Shown piece by piece: positions 49,768 through 59,646 of a DNA stretch of 64,000 bases. Origin of the DNA: an uncultured Gammaproteobacteria bacterium (GTDB lineage: Bacteria; Patescibacteriota; Patescibacteriia; Magasanikbacterales; GWA2-37-8); NCBI GenBank assembly GCA_964496095.1, contig CAZBWU010000002.1:79595-143594 (forward strand). The letters are read 5' to 3'. The number at the start of each line of letters is the position of its first letter. Position 1 is the first letter of the stretch. The notes below the pieces were generated by a model that saw only the letters and a list, made by a program, of their open reading frames with translations, was not told the DNA's origin and did no database searches. Position numbers and translations under genes: made by a program.

Positions 49768-50553
49768 CTATCTAAAATTTAAACCTTCTTGTTTTAATAA
49801 TTTCTTAGCTCGTGGATAACTAAGTTCCGTAAAATGAAAAAAGTTGCCAGCTGCTACTCCTGAAACCGGGACTGCTTTTATCAAATTCACAAAATCTTCT
49901 GTACTCCCGGCTCCCCCGCAGGCAACTACCGGCAACTTAGTCGACTCAACTAATTGTTTGATTGTTTCAAGGTCATAACCATTTGCGTGTCCGTCGCGAT
50001 CTATTGAGTTAAGAAAAATTTCTCCGGCACCAAGTTTTTCACAAATTTTTACCCATTCCACAACTTCCTTACCTTCGTTCTTCTGCCCGAAATTACTATG
50101 GACTACGGCTTTGCCGTCTATTATTTTGTAATCGATAGATATAACTACGGCCTGAGCTCCATATTTTTTGGAAACTTCGGTTATCAATTCTGGGGTTAAG
50201 AATGCTCCTGTATTTAACACTACTTTGTCGGCACCATTCCTGATCCTGAAATCAACATCTTCCAAAGTCCTGATCCCCCCACCAAAAGCCAGTGGCATAA
50301 AACAAACTGTAGAAATAGCTTGAATAATTTCTTCAATACTGCTATATGATTTAGTTTCCAAATCATCTCTTCTTAAATCATACTTTTTCTCGCGACTTAT
50401 ATCAATATAGATTAATTCGTCGACATTCCACTGATTGTAACGCCTAGCTTCATCTACCACATTGCCAATGTTCTGATGGTAAGAAAAGTCTTCGCTTCTA
50501 ACAATAAAGCCATTTTTAATATATAAAACTGGAATCAAACGTGTCTTAATCAT
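49768..50553 (-). CDS. hisF: Imidazole glycerol phosphate synthase cyclase subunit paralog (HisF-like)
   Basis: 'IKTRLIPVLYIKNG' with the TIM-barrel HisA/HisF pattern. Clustered with WbuX and HisH. Confidence 0.85.
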   Translation of the reverse strand: MIKTRLIPVLYIKNGFIVRSEDFSYHQNIGNVVDEARRYNQWNVDELIYIDISREKKYDLRRDDLETKSYSSIEEIIQAISTVCFMPLAFGGGIRTLEDVDFRIRNGADKVVLNTGAFLTPELITEVSKKYGAQAVVISIDYKIIDGKAVVHSNFGQKNEGKEVVEWVKICEKLGAGEIFLNSIDRDGHANGYDLETIKQLVESTKLPVVACGGAGSTEDFVNLIKAVPVSGVAAGNFFHFTELSYPRAKKLLKQEGLNFR

Positions 50554-51158
50554 AGATTTCCAAAATTGGCTAAAATTTTAAGTCCGGCGCTTTGGCTTTT
50601 TTCAGGGTGGAACTGACAACCATAAATATTATTACTTTGAAGCATCGAAGTAAACTCAAAACCATAATCAGTCGTAGCAATTGTTTCTGATTGATTCTGT
50701 AGTTGACAATAAAAACTATGAACAAAGTAGCAACTCTCCCCTGACTCGACGCCTTCTAAGAGTGATGATTGCTTAGTAACTTTTAAATCGTTCCAACCAA
50801 CATGCGGAACCGGCAAATTACGAACTTTGTCGGTAAAATTCAAAACTTTACCGGTAACCAAGTCTAAGCCTTGATGTTGCCCATATTCCTCGCTTGAGCT
50901 TAATAACAACTGCATCCCGAGGCACAAACCTAAAATTGGTTTACCTGCATTAGAAAATTTCTTAATCGGTTCAACAAAACCAAGTTTGTTTAACTCTTCC
51001 ATAGCCAGACCAAAGGCCCCTACTCCGGGCAAAATCAATTTATAGCAGCCTTCAATGTCAGCTGGTGAATTTACAAATTTATTGGCAATATTTAAATAAT
51101 CCAGTGAATTTTTCACGGACTGCAAATTGCCCATGTTGTAATTAACAATACCAATCAT
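50550..51158 (-). CDS. hisH: Glutamine amidotransferase subunit paralog (HisH-like)
   Basis: 'MIGIVNYNMGNLQSV' and a Cys-His-Glu triad pattern 'GLCLGMQLL...HPE'. Confidence 0.85.
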   Translation of the reverse strand: MIGIVNYNMGNLQSVKNSLDYLNIANKFVNSPADIEGCYKLILPGVGAFGLAMEELNKLGFVEPIKKFSNAGKPILGLCLGMQLLLSSSEEYGQHQGLDLVTGKVLNFTDKVRNLPVPHVGWNDLKVTKQSSLLEGVESGESCYFVHSFYCQLQNQSETIATTDYGFEFTSMLQSNNIYGCQFHPEKSQSAGLKILANFGNL

Positions 51159-51776
51159 CTATTTCTTCTTAAGTAAAAACCAGGTTAAGTTGTCGTTATA
51201 TATATTTTCGCGACCATACTTAAAGCCATACTTAACCAGTTCCAGATCTTTAAACCTATCCATCATTTCCCCTGCAAAATCACGTTTGAACAAACGGTTA
51301 TTATGGCCGCGATAGTTAACCACAACCGGAGTCGGGTTATAATATTCGGAAATTAGAATATATTTTTTTGAAGTTTTATACAATAAATCATAAACTTCGT
51401 TTAAAATATTCGGGTTTAAATGGATAAGTACCCCACGGATAAGAACTAAATCCCGTTGATAGTCGAGTTTGAAATCTAAAATAGAACCGTGGTAAACTTT
51501 AATTTTTTTAATTTTTTTGAGCTGTTCCACGGCTTTGTCATTGATTTCAATAGCCGACAATTCGACTTTTGGCATAAATTCTTTTATGGCCAATAAGTTC
51601 ATACCGATATTTGAGCCAAATTCAATAACGGAATTCAGACCCTTCAAACCTGAAAGTGCTTCTTTAAAAAAACTGACATTGGTTTTTTTAAGTCCTGCTG
51701 CAGCATTACGATTAATATATTCATCACCAAAACTGCCAGCCCAAAAATTTTCTTGCTCTGTTTTAAATTTCTTCAT
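51159..51776 (-). CDS. Putative SAM-dependent methyltransferase (nonulosonic-acid-cluster-associated type)
   Basis: 205 aa. 'VIEFGSNIGMNLLAI' glycine-rich motif I. Confidence 0.4.
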   Translation of the reverse strand: MKKFKTEQENFWAGSFGDEYINRNAAAGLKKTNVSFFKEALSGLKGLNSVIEFGSNIGMNLLAIKEFMPKVELSAIEINDKAVEQLKKIKKIKVYHGSILDFKLDYQRDLVLIRGVLIHLNPNILNEVYDLLYKTSKKYILISEYYNPTPVVVNYRGHNNRLFKRDFAGEMMDRFKDLELVKYGFKYGRENIYNDNLTWFLLKKK

Positions 51777-51857
51777 AAATCAAGTTTATGGGGATTTAAA
51801 ATTTTAAATTTAATCTCAGTCTGTTTCCAATCTTCTTCGGTGCCTACTATTTTCATT

Positions 51858-52457
51858 TTATTGAGTTAATAAATATTTAATACCTTCATCTATAGTAGCC
51901 AAATCTGTTTTATATTTCTCTATTTTTTCGAACTCTTCCTTGAATATGTGCTGTGCTGTTTTGGTCCTGCCCTCAGGTTTTTTATTCCAAGGTACAAATG
52001 CCGAAACGTTTAAAATTAAACCTTTCCACCTCAGCTTCTTTGCCTGTTTTATAAAGGTTAAAAAGGCCCGAGGCTGATAGTAAGAAGACCCTACTAAAAT
52101 AAAACTTGTCCATTGTCTCTTTTTCGCAATATTTATAATATGTTCAGCCTGATCTTTGGTGTTGAGGGCGCCCGAGTCGACGACCAAATCTTTTGATTTG
52201 ACACCTTTTTTTAACACAAAAGATTTCATTTTTGTTAACGATATATTTGATTGCTCCGACTTGGCATTCTTCCCAATTAAAACGTTGTTGCCGGAAATCA
52301 CTACTTTTTTGGCAAAACCTTTACGGTATAAATACAAAGTTGGCACTGAACGATCATATCGGTCACCTTGCAACCAAACAACAGCATCCGACAAACCAAC
52401 CGGCTGCTTAAGCAATAACCTATACAAGATTCTAAACTTTTTTTGTGCATGAGTCAT
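51858..52457 (-). CDS. DUF218 (YdcF/SanA-like) domain protein
   Basis: 'VVWLQGDRYDR...VVISGNN...ILVGSSYYQPRAF' fits the YdcF family HxR region. Confidence 0.4.
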   Translation of the reverse strand: MTHAQKKFRILYRLLLKQPVGLSDAVVWLQGDRYDRSVPTLYLYRKGFAKKVVISGNNVLIGKNAKSEQSNISLTKMKSFVLKKGVKSKDLVVDSGALNTKDQAEHIINIAKKRQWTSFILVGSSYYQPRAFLTFIKQAKKLRWKGLILNVSAFVPWNKKPEGRTKTAQHIFKEEFEKIEKYKTDLATIDEGIKYLLTQ

Positions 52458-52480
52458 AACTTAAACAATTCCCAAGCTTT

Positions 52481-53281
52481 CTACTTCTTTTTTTGCAGCA
52501 AAAAAATAAAATTTGGTGAATAATTACCTACCGAAGGAAGTTTCGAAGCAATTTTATTTATAGGATGCAAATACTCGGGAGTCTTATTCTCCATATCGCT
52601 CAAAGAAGCGTGCACTACACGCGAAATAATATAATACAAGCTGCCAATATTATTTACGTCCACGACCTTAAAATTTTTTGACGCGAATTCGAGTAGCTTT
52701 TTTTCGGGCATATAGTAATTATGCCACCGCACAGTTATAGCTGGCAGGCTAAAAATTTTTCTAAGCGAATTAAGACGACTCAATCCTTCCTGCGTATTTT
52801 CGCACAAAATTATTTGTCCTCCTGGCTTTAACATCTTTTTCATTTCTAATAAAGCCTGCTTCTGTTCCTGCCAGTTCATAAGGTTAATAAGGCAACGTTC
52901 AGAAACAATAAGGTCGAACTTCCCTATTTTAGGCAATTTGCTTCCTAAGTTTAAAACGCTACCAACTTCAAAAAACAATCTTTTTTTCAAAGTTTTATTT
53001 TTACCTAAAGTCTTTTGAGCTGCTTCTATCATTTTCTCCGAGTAATCAAGACCAAAAAATTGAGATTTTGGAAATTTTTTGGCGAAGAAAAAAGTTGAAA
53101 AACCATTACCACATCCAATGTCTAAAATTCGTTTGCCGTCTGATAAGTAAGACATGATTCTGTCTATTTCTAGTTCGCGATAATAACTATCCGGTGCAGT
53201 GGCTAATTGAGACTCACCAAAAGTACTGGCCTGATCCTGCCAAAATTCTTTTATTTTTTCTACTTGTTGTTTTTTGCTCAT
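52481..53281 (-). CDS. Class I SAM-dependent methyltransferase
   Basis: 'ILDIGCGNGFSTFFFAKKF' motif I and 'LIVSERCLINL'. Confidence 0.7.
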   Translation of the reverse strand: MSKKQQVEKIKEFWQDQASTFGESQLATAPDSYYRELEIDRIMSYLSDGKRILDIGCGNGFSTFFFAKKFPKSQFFGLDYSEKMIEAAQKTLGKNKTLKKRLFFEVGSVLNLGSKLPKIGKFDLIVSERCLINLMNWQEQKQALLEMKKMLKPGGQIILCENTQEGLSRLNSLRKIFSLPAITVRWHNYYMPEKKLLEFASKNFKVVDVNNIGSLYYIISRVVHASLSDMENKTPEYLHPINKIASKLPSVGNYSPNFIFLLQKKK

Positions 53282-53293
53282 AATTTTTAATAA

Positions 53294-54379
53294 TTAATTT
53301 TTTATTAAGTTCCATGTTAATGGCGTCCCCCGCTCAATTGTCGTAGCGGCTTTTTTGCCGATGATTTTATCTAAAAACTTTGTTTCCAAACCATAAGCGG
53401 GGCGAATACCTCGGACATTTTTTAAAGAAAACTTCTCGCCGCGCTTAATATCCTCTACTACAAATAATGAACGACGGAAATGCCTGTTGTATTTTTCTGA
53501 TGGTGTTTGCGGACCATACTTTGCCCTTCCTAAGGCCTTTTCCTGAAAACGTATAACGTCTACCATTTTTTTAAATGCCTTTTGGTCCAACGAAAAACGG
53601 TCATCTAAGGCCTTGCCGTGGTTTATAACAAAATGTTTTTCAATAATACTCGCACCAAGTCCAGCAGCCAGAGCAGGTATTTCTGTACCACCCATATTAT
53701 CGGAAAATCCCGATACGACTTCAAACCGTTTTGCCAAATCAGTAACGGTAGATAAATTAGCGGCACTGACATTTCCGGATTCGGCATACGAGGTGGTACA
53801 GTGAAGTAGTGCCAATTGTTTCACGCCTTGTTTTTTTAAAACCCCCACGGAATATTCAATCTCAGGCAAAGTAGCAAAACCCACAGACATGATTACCGGT
53901 TTACCAGTAGCCGCTACTTTTTTAAGCAGGGGAATATCCGTGGCTTCGTAGGAGGCAATTTTATAACAAGGCACATGTAAATCTTCCAAAAAATCAACAG
54001 CCGTGGCATCAAATGGGGTGGAGAAAAATACCAAACCTAGACTCTCGGCCAACTGCTTAAGAGGTTTATGCCATGGCCAAGGCGTGTAAGCCTTCTGATA
54101 AAGATTATAAAAAGTTTGATTTTTCCAGGCTTTAGGATTATTTTTACCCCCCACAAAAAACCATTTTTTTTGCGAATCAATGGTCATCGTATCTGGAGTG
54201 TAAGTCTGGAGCTTAATGGCATCAGCCCCGGCTTTTGCGGCAGCTCTAACCAATGCTTTTGCTTTTACAAAACTCTGCTCGTGATTAGCCGACATTTCCG
54301 CAATAATAAAAGCCGGGTGCCCTGGACCAATCCTTCTTTTCCCTTTGGGTGTTTGAATAATTATCTCTTTCATATACAA
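53294..54379 (-). CDS. NeuB-family nonulosonic acid synthase (PseI/LegI/NeuB) with C-terminal SAF domain
   Basis: 'GPGHPAFIIAEMSANHEQSFVKAKALVRAAAKAGADAIKLQTY' is a strong NeuB N-terminus. C-terminal 'IERGTPLTWNLIK' SAF. Confidence 0.85.
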   Translation of the reverse strand: MYMKEIIIQTPKGKRRIGPGHPAFIIAEMSANHEQSFVKAKALVRAAAKAGADAIKLQTYTPDTMTIDSQKKWFFVGGKNNPKAWKNQTFYNLYQKAYTPWPWHKPLKQLAESLGLVFFSTPFDATAVDFLEDLHVPCYKIASYEATDIPLLKKVAATGKPVIMSVGFATLPEIEYSVGVLKKQGVKQLALLHCTTSYAESGNVSAANLSTVTDLAKRFEVVSGFSDNMGGTEIPALAAGLGASIIEKHFVINHGKALDDRFSLDQKAFKKMVDVIRFQEKALGRAKYGPQTPSEKYNRHFRRSLFVVEDIKRGEKFSLKNVRGIRPAYGLETKFLDKIIGKKAATTIERGTPLTWNLIKN

Positions 54380-54394
54380 AAACTCAAGTTTATC

Positions 54395-55084
54395 TTAATT
54401 AAAAATTAATTTAAATTTCATCTCTGCTATTTTCCAATCTTCCATCGTGTCAATATCCTGTACTTCTGATTCAGGCAAAATAAATGCTGTGGCGCCATTA
54501 AAATCAATGCGGGGATTATCTAAAAAAGAAGCCGTCCTTAAACAATAGAACTGACCTGCATCGTGATAAGCAGGACTAAAATCTTGCGAACGAATTTCGA
54601 CATTCTCTGGAGATACCATGGAAAGCAGTCCATCCACATCAATCTTAAGCGCTCGTTGGATAGGATAACTAAATTTGGTAACAGGAATGACTGCTGATAC
54701 TTCATGATTTTTGAGTTTTTTCATTGCCTCAATTAATCGCTCCGGGGTTACAGATACAGCAGTCGGGTATATACAACACAAGTACTCAAAATTCTGGCCA
54801 TTTTTTTGATATTCTTCAAGCACTTCTTTAATAACATCAGCCGTCGTTGCATGATCATTAGCGTTCTTAGTGGAGCGTAAAAAAGGCACAGCTGCTCCAA
54901 ACGATTTGGCAATATCTGCAATTTCTTGATCATCGGTTGAAACCATTACCTCATCAAACAATCCGCTCTTGAGCGCCACTTCAATTGGATAAGCTATGAT
55001 TGGTCGACCTAAAAAATCCTTAATATTTTTACGTGGTATGCGCTTACTCCCACCTCGGGCAATAATAATAGCTACAACAGACAT
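54395..55084 (-). CDS. CMP-nonulosonic acid synthetase (acylneuraminate cytidylyltransferase family)
   Basis: 'VAIIIARGGSKRIPRKNIKDFLGRPIIAYPIEVAL' matches NeuA/PseF/LegF N-terminus. Confidence 0.8.
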   Translation of the reverse strand: MSVVAIIIARGGSKRIPRKNIKDFLGRPIIAYPIEVALKSGLFDEVMVSTDDQEIADIAKSFGAAVPFLRSTKNANDHATTADVIKEVLEEYQKNGQNFEYLCCIYPTAVSVTPERLIEAMKKLKNHEVSAVIPVTKFSYPIQRALKIDVDGLLSMVSPENVEIRSQDFSPAYHDAGQFYCLRTASFLDNPRIDFNGATAFILPESEVQDIDTMEDWKIAEMKFKLIFN

Positions 55085-55090
55085 ATTTCT

Positions 55091-56203
55091 TTATTTTAAT
55101 CTAAAAAATTCTTTTATCGCCTCAGTAATAAACACAGCTTCTTTCTGGCTTAGATCTTGGTAACAGGGTATAGTGATAGCCGACTTTGCATACTTCGTTG
55201 TTTCGGGAAAATCTTTATCTTTGCATTTGATGATCCTTTTATAAAACGGATGAGAATATACTGGAGGGTAATGAAAATTAACTCCAATTCCTTTTGATTT
55301 TAAGAAATTAATTAGCGGCAACCGATGCTTCGGATTTTTCACCCGAATGACATAAATATGCCAAGAGCTCTTACTGCCAGTAACTTCTTGTGGCAAAATA
55401 ATTTGTTCACAACCCTGTAATTCTTCTTCATACCGCACTACAATCTGCTGTCTCTTTGCTATAAAAGTATCCAGCTTTTTCATCTGGTTTATACCCAATG
55501 CCGCTTGAAAATCAGTAATACGATAGTTATATCCGAATGTTTTCATCTCAATAAAACCTTGCGCATTTTTAACGATCCCATGTGTGCGGAGAAGTCGCAT
55601 CTTATTATATAGTTTTTTACTATTTGTTAAAATAGCTCCACCTTCACCGGTTGTTATAGACTTTACCGGATGGAAACTAAAGGTTGTCATATCACTTTGT
55701 AATGAACCAATCTTTTTACCTTGATATGAGGCGCCAAGCGCATGCGCGGCGTCTTCGACAACTTTTAATTTGTATTTTTTAGCAATCTTTAAAATCTTCT
55801 TCATGTTACACGGCTGACCGGCCAGATGTACCGGTACAATCATTTTTGTTCGACGCGTTATCAATTTTTCAATCTTGTCTTCATCAATATTATTGGTATC
55901 AAGACGAATATCACAAAAAACTGGCTTAGCCCCGCACGCAAGAACCATATTACTTGTGGCTACAAAGGTAGTGCTGGTAGTAATGACTTCATCTCCAGGC
56001 TTAAGACCCGCGGCCAGATAGGCTACGTGCAATGCAGTAGTCCCGTTATTAACCGCAACAGCAAATTTTGCCCCACAATACTCGGCCAAAGATTTCTCAA
56101 ACTGGTCAATACTTGGGCCTTGCGTAATCCAGTCGGATTGTAATACTTTTACCACACTTTCAATATCGCGTTCATCAATAGATTGGTGGCCATAAGGTAT
56201 CAT
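55091..56203 (-). CDS. DegT-family PLP-dependent aminotransferase (PseC/LegC-like)
   Basis: 370 aa aminotransferase. Immediately downstream of the 4,6-dehydratase. Confidence 0.8.
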   Translation of the reverse strand: MIPYGHQSIDERDIESVVKVLQSDWITQGPSIDQFEKSLAEYCGAKFAVAVNNGTTALHVAYLAAGLKPGDEVITTSTTFVATSNMVLACGAKPVFCDIRLDTNNIDEDKIEKLITRRTKMIVPVHLAGQPCNMKKILKIAKKYKLKVVEDAAHALGASYQGKKIGSLQSDMTTFSFHPVKSITTGEGGAILTNSKKLYNKMRLLRTHGIVKNAQGFIEMKTFGYNYRITDFQAALGINQMKKLDTFIAKRQQIVVRYEEELQGCEQIILPQEVTGSKSSWHIYVIRVKNPKHRLPLINFLKSKGIGVNFHYPPVYSHPFYKRIIKCKDKDFPETTKYAKSAITIPCYQDLSQKEAVFITEAIKEFFRLK

Positions 56204-56212
56204 AAAAAGATA

Positions 56213-57199
56213 CTAAGAATTAGAAACTAATTTTTGCAATCCTTCATTATCAAGCCATTTTGGATTGTTATCACTTGAGAAATAAAAATCTTTCGGTAAT
56301 TCTTTTCCATGATCATAGTTACCATGACCAGTCCACCAATCATACTCCGGTAAAATAGTATAATGATCATCAAATTCTTTCGTATGACGAGCTTCTTCAG
56401 AAGTGACAAGCATCTCATGAATTTTTTCACCAGGTCTAATACCGGTAACCTTAAGTTTACACTCCGGTGCCAAAGCTAAAATAAAATCCTTAACCTTCAT
56501 ACTTGGAATTTTGGGAATAAATATTTCTCCTCCGCTCATTTTTTCTAGTGCCATAAGCACCAAATCAACCCCGCCCTCAAGCGTAATCCAGAATCGCGTC
56601 ATGTCTTCATGTGTTAATGTTATTTCACCAGTAGGGCGCTGATCTTCAATAACTTTCACAATACTCCCACGACTGCCAAACACATTACCATAACGAACAG
56701 CGCTGAATTTAGAACCGCCTTCTCCTGAATAAACATTTGAGCTAATAATTAAACGCTCGGCGCAAAGTTTGGTTGCTCCATATAATGTTGCCGGATTAGC
56801 CGCTTTATCGGTCGAAACCAGTAATACTTTTTTAACATTACGCTGTAAAGCGGCCATAATAACATTTTTAGTGCCAATAGTATTAGTTAAAACTGCTTCA
56901 AACGGATTATACTCCAGTGCCGGAACTTGTTTAAGAGCAGCCGCGTGCACGACTATATCCACTCCTTTAAAAGCCAACTCCAAACGCTCCGAATCCCGAA
57001 CATCACCAATAAAATAACGCATCTTATAGGCATGCTCAATAAAAGTACTTTGCATTTGAGATTGTTTAAGCTCGTCTCGACTAAACACAATTATTTTTTT
57101 CGCTTCACTTTTCTCGAGCAGTGTTCTGATAAATTTTTGACCAAACGAACCAGTTCCTCCCGTTACCAGAACAACTTTATCCTTAAGAAAATCTAACAT
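56213..57199 (-). CDS. UDP/GDP-N-acetylglucosamine 4,6-dehydratase (PseB/FlaA1/CapD family)
   Basis: 'VVLVTGGTGSFGQKFIRTLL...KKIIVFSRDELKQ' is the polysacc_synt_2 N-terminus. Confidence 0.8.
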   Translation of the reverse strand: MLDFLKDKVVLVTGGTGSFGQKFIRTLLEKSEAKKIIVFSRDELKQSQMQSTFIEHAYKMRYFIGDVRDSERLELAFKGVDIVVHAAALKQVPALEYNPFEAVLTNTIGTKNVIMAALQRNVKKVLLVSTDKAANPATLYGATKLCAERLIISSNVYSGEGGSKFSAVRYGNVFGSRGSIVKVIEDQRPTGEITLTHEDMTRFWITLEGGVDLVLMALEKMSGGEIFIPKIPSMKVKDFILALAPECKLKVTGIRPGEKIHEMLVTSEEARHTKEFDDHYTILPEYDWWTGHGNYDHGKELPKDFYFSSDNNPKWLDNEGLQKLVSNS

Positions 57200-57214
57200 A
57201 CATTTAATTAAATA

Positions 57215-58459
57215 TTAAATTCTAATAGTATTATACTCTAATGGCACCGCAATTTTTCCCAACAAATAATTAGTCTTAAACAAGGATCGAACATTATCCG
57301 TATCAATAATCTCAAAATTAATATTATGTTTTGCTTCAAAATTTATAGTGGAATTATGTACAACTGCACTGAAATGAAAATTCCCAATATTAAATAAAAA
57401 TGCCGGCACTTCAACTACGGTAGTATATATTCCCACTTCATAATTATTTACCGCTCCTTTCGTGTCAGATTCTGAAGAGTATAATAACATATCATCTCCT
57501 GAGTTGAAAACCACTGACAACATAGCGTTTTTTAAGGTCTCAAAAAACTCATATTCAATTTTAACTGAAAAACGTTCATTAATCGGGATTCGAAATGAAG
57601 GCGTTCCTTCTTTAGTTAAAAGAGAAATTTTTCTGATATTAACAGGCTTCCCTTTTTGCACCGGATAATCCACTACCGCATTATGTGTTTGATTTTTATT
57701 GAGATAAAAATCAGCCACCTCTATTGTTGGTCCTTCTTTAATAATCTTTCCGTCCTGCAAGAGCAAAGAACGTTTACATAAATTTTTTAGCGCTCCAATA
57801 TTATGACTAACAAACAATACCGTTCTTCCGTCTTTACTGCTTACATCCTGCATCTTGCCCAAACATTTCTTTTGAAACTCAGCATCCCCCACCGCAAGAA
57901 CTTCATCTACGATCAAAATATCCGGCTCTAAATGAGCCGCGACGGAAAATGCCAAACGCACATACATCCCCGAAGAATATCTTTTTACTGGTGTATCAAG
58001 AAATTTTTCTACTCCCGAAAAATCAACAATCTCATCAAACTTTCGTTCAATCTCTTTTTTTCTCATGCCCAAGATCGCGCCATTTAAATAAATATTTTCT
58101 CTCCCGGTAAGCTCGGGATGAAAACCAGTGCCAACTTCAAGTAAACTCCCCACTCGTCCGCGGAGCCTAATCTCTCCAGTCGTGGGTGGAGTAATTCTTG
58201 ATAATATTTTAAGAAGCGTGCTTTTACCCGCCCCATTTCGCCCCATAATTCCCAGCACTTCGCCTTGTTCAACAGTAAAATTAATATCCTGTAGCGCCCA
58301 AAAATCATTGGCGTTAGGACCATGATAAGTTTTAGCTTTAAGCCACGAAAAGGGCGCCCGCGCAATATTTGTCAAAATATCACGCATAGCCAAATATTTC
58401 TCCTTCTCTCCGATGCTATATTTTTTTCCTAAATTTTTAACTTCAATAATAGCAGACAT
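57215..58459 (-). CDS. Polysaccharide ABC transporter ATP-binding protein Wzt with C-terminal carbohydrate-binding domain
   Basis: Walker A 'GRNGAGKSTL', signature 'SSGMYVRLAF', Walker B 'LIVDEVLAVGD'. A ~160-aa C-terminal extension is as in O-antigen-cap-recognising Wzt. Confidence 0.85.
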   Translation of the reverse strand: MSAIIEVKNLGKKYSIGEKEKYLAMRDILTNIARAPFSWLKAKTYHGPNANDFWALQDINFTVEQGEVLGIMGRNGAGKSTLLKILSRITPPTTGEIRLRGRVGSLLEVGTGFHPELTGRENIYLNGAILGMRKKEIERKFDEIVDFSGVEKFLDTPVKRYSSGMYVRLAFSVAAHLEPDILIVDEVLAVGDAEFQKKCLGKMQDVSSKDGRTVLFVSHNIGALKNLCKRSLLLQDGKIIKEGPTIEVADFYLNKNQTHNAVVDYPVQKGKPVNIRKISLLTKEGTPSFRIPINERFSVKIEYEFFETLKNAMLSVVFNSGDDMLLYSSESDTKGAVNNYEVGIYTTVVEVPAFLFNIGNFHFSAVVHNSTINFEAKHNINFEIIDTDNVRSLFKTNYLLGKIAVPLEYNTIRI

Positions 58460-58463
58460 ATAC

Positions 58464-59282
58464 TTAAATCACATCAGCAAAATATCGCTCTACCTTTTTA
58501 AAATAAAAATAACCCAGGATACAATAGACTACCATACTGGATATAGATACCCCCAGTAATGCAAAATCAATCGGCTTGGCACCCAGTAATCCTGAGCGAG
58601 CGGCATCAATCACACCAGCCATGGGATTGAGCCCCAAAATCCAGCGGTACTTTTCGCTCACAATACTAGTTGGATAAATGACAGGAGTAATAAAAATAAG
58701 TAGCTGGACAAAGAAGGGTAAAACAAATCTAATGTCACGATATTTTACATTGAGCGAAGCAAAGATTAGGCCAATGCCGAGCGTTGAGAAAATAGTCATG
58801 ACTATAAGTAACGGCAGAATCAAAATACCAAGAAGCGACGGAGTATATTGATAATATACCATCATGCCAATAAGAATAATAAGAGCAACAAAAAAATCAA
58901 CAACATTGGTAATGATTGAAGAAATTGGCAGAATAATTCTGGGGAAATAGATTTTCGTGACAATCTTTTCATTTGCTATAAATGAATTACTTGCCTGAGA
59001 CAGACTTGTTGAAAATAATGTCCAGAAAAGCAAGCCTACATATACAAATATCGGATAGGGAATATTATCAGACGGAATATGGGTCAATCTGCCAAAAAAT
59101 ACAGTAAATATAACCATAGTCACAAATGGTTGAAAAATCGCCCACAACGCTCCAATAGCGGTCTGCTTATATTTAACCTTAACATCGCGCCAGGTAAAAA
59201 AATAGAACAGATCACGAAATTGCCAGATTTCTTTGCCATCAAACTGCCACCACTTATTTTTTGGCCTGATTATCAATTCCAT
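58464..59282 (-). CDS. ABC-2 type polysaccharide exporter permease Wzm
   Basis: 272 aa, 6 TM, ABC-2 family pattern. Confidence 0.8.
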   Translation of the reverse strand: MELIIRPKNKWWQFDGKEIWQFRDLFYFFTWRDVKVKYKQTAIGALWAIFQPFVTMVIFTVFFGRLTHIPSDNIPYPIFVYVGLLFWTLFSTSLSQASNSFIANEKIVTKIYFPRIILPISSIITNVVDFFVALIILIGMMVYYQYTPSLLGILILPLLIVMTIFSTLGIGLIFASLNVKYRDIRFVLPFFVQLLIFITPVIYPTSIVSEKYRWILGLNPMAGVIDAARSGLLGAKPIDFALLGVSISSMVVYCILGYFYFKKVERYFADVI

Positions 59283-59285
59283 ATT

Positions 59286-59531
59286 TTACCAACTTTTAGT
59301 TTTTTCAATGGTTTTAGCTTTTACTTTTTGATATAAATCAGTCGCTTTTTTGTCTACAACTGGCGATAATAAATTTAATAATTCATGCCCCATTATGCGA
59401 TACTGCTTGCCAATTTTATTAGCTCTAAGTAGACCCTTTTTTAAAAGTCTTTTAATAGTACTATTACTAATCTTCAAAACTTTCTGAGCTTCTTGAGTTG
59501 TGTATACTTCGTTTGGCCTAATTTCACTCAT
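59286..59531 (-). CDS. Small HTH DNA-binding protein (excisionase/MerR-like HTH_17)
   Basis: 'YTTQEAQKVLKISNSTIKRLLKKGLL' helix-turn-helix. Heads the wzm-wzt operon with a 3-nt gap. Confidence 0.55.
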   Translation of the reverse strand: MSEIRPNEVYTTQEAQKVLKISNSTIKRLLKKGLLRANKIGKQYRIMGHELLNLLSPVVDKKATDLYQKVKAKTIEKTKSW

Positions 59532-59580
59532 ACACCCATATTTAATTATCTAAAATTCCTCCACCTAATATAGTACTAAA

Positions 59581-59640
59581 GGTGTCAATAGGTGTCAATA
59601 GGTGTCAATAGGTGTCAATAGGTGTCAATAGGTGTCAAAA
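59581..59640. repeat. Six perfect tandem copies of a 10-bp unit GGTGTCAATA (last copy GGTGTCAAAA)
   Basis: Direct reading. The minus strand reads (TATTGACACC)n, each unit containing TTGACA. Lies about 50 bp upstream of the HTH gene start and just 3' of fcl. Confidence 0.9.
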
Positions 59641-59646
59641 ACTAGG

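Noticed and set aside
59581-59640. Possible CRISPR array
   Set aside because: The repeats are 10 bp and directly abut one another with no spacers. No cas genes are in the window. It is a simple tandem repeat, not a CRISPR.
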